From: Octopus vulgaris
Lineage: Eukaryota
Length of the DNA stretch: 64,000 nt
Assembly (NCBI GenBank): GCA_951406725.2
Contig: OX597814.1
Span: 26,226,001 to 26,290,000, forward strand
Direction: 5' to 3'
A program made the translations under genes and the position numbers. Below the pieces are notes generated by a model that was not told the origin of the DNA, made no database searches, and saw nothing but the letters and a program-made list of their open reading frames with translations. Below, one piece after another: positions 63,055 to 64,000 of this stretch (the first letter of the stretch is position 1; each line of letters starts with the position of its first letter).

Positions 63055-64000
63055 CATCATCATCATCATTGTTTAACATCAGGCTTCTATACTGGCATTG
63101 GTTGAACAGTTTGACAGGAGCTGGTCAGGTAGAAGATTACACTAGGCTACTGTGTCTGTTTTGGCATGGTTTTTACAGCTGGATGTCCTTCTTAATGCCA
63201 ACCACCCTACAGAGTGGACTGGGTGCTTTTTACATGACACCAGCACAGTCATGAAGTAACTTGCAAGACAAGAAATTTTTGAGAGGAGAGGGGGTCATTG
63301 GAGGGAGGTGATCTTGTGTCAAGTGATGAAAGATTAGAGTGTGACAGAGAGGCAGGAACATGTGTCTTGCTATAGAGGAGGTAGATGGTCACCCAGCCAC
63401 AGGAAGAGAGAAAAAGAGGAGAGAGAGGTAACAAGAAAGAGAACAGAAACAGGTGTGCTGCTGTAAAGGAGATACTTAGTTACTTTGCCAGAGGAAAGAG
63501 CAAGAGAAAGAGAGAGAGAGTGTGGGAGACAACAAGAGTGCAAGAGAGAGCAGGAGAAAGATGAGGGTGAAGTGCCTGGGTATACTCACAAGGAATCGGT
63601 ATCAGAACATAGATGGGATGATAGAGTAAGGAAGAGAACGATAAATGATAGCAATTGCCAGGGGATACCCTCAAAGTATGGAGGTCGTAATATATGTGGC
63701 CAGGTACTGCCAAGAAGGCACGAGTAGGGAGTGGAGGTGAGGATTGCAGTGACTGATGAGAACCTGAGTATAAAGATGGGGTGGGAAAAGTAGTGATACA
63801 GTGAGCAGGGCAGTGAAGGCAGGGATGGGGAGTGGGAGATAATCATAGTGTATAAAGAGGAAATGTGAGGAAGAGAAAAGATGCAGTTTAGGAGAGATGT
63901 AGTTTGGTTTCTTGGGCTAGGGTGAAAATTTATTGTTACATGCGAGTGGAACACAACACTTCTAACACTCAGTTTTGATGATGTGGGTGGATCCTGTCTA
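63055..64000 (-). mobile_element. RTE-tailed non-autonomous element
   Basis: (CAT)n tail with cagctggatgtccttcttaatgccaaccac; purine-rich body on the + strand mirrors 27330-28035. Confidence 0.6.

Overview
AT-rich eukaryotic intergenic or intronic DNA. The repeat families and the dense TA/TATG/CA microsatellites suggest a coleoid cephalopod such as Octopus; this is an inference. I recognise no host protein-coding exon, rRNA, true tRNA or CRISPR array, and most ORFs in the track are microsatellite read-throughs or transposon remnants. The window is largely decayed transposable elements: two RTE LINE families, HERO and R4/Dong restriction-like-endonuclease (RLE) LINEs, possible L1/Tx1 remnants, Penelope-like elements (PLEs), a CsRN1-like Gypsy provirus, three mariner copies, Helitrons, hAT and piggyBac MITEs, and tRNA-derived SINEs. 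The most interesting signals are: (1) several PLE-type hammerhead ribozyme (HHR) motifs, including a mirror-image pair in a palindrome; (2) a minus-strand RNA at about 21.9-22.0 kb carrying the HHR core motifs in a non-canonical, pseudoknotted order; (3) a 7.4 x 48-bp in-frame amplification of half a zinc knuckle at the 5' end of a Dong LINE; (4) next to it, a fold-back and a ~154-bp duplication resembling a long target-site duplication (TSD). All structures were read by eye and need computational confirmation.
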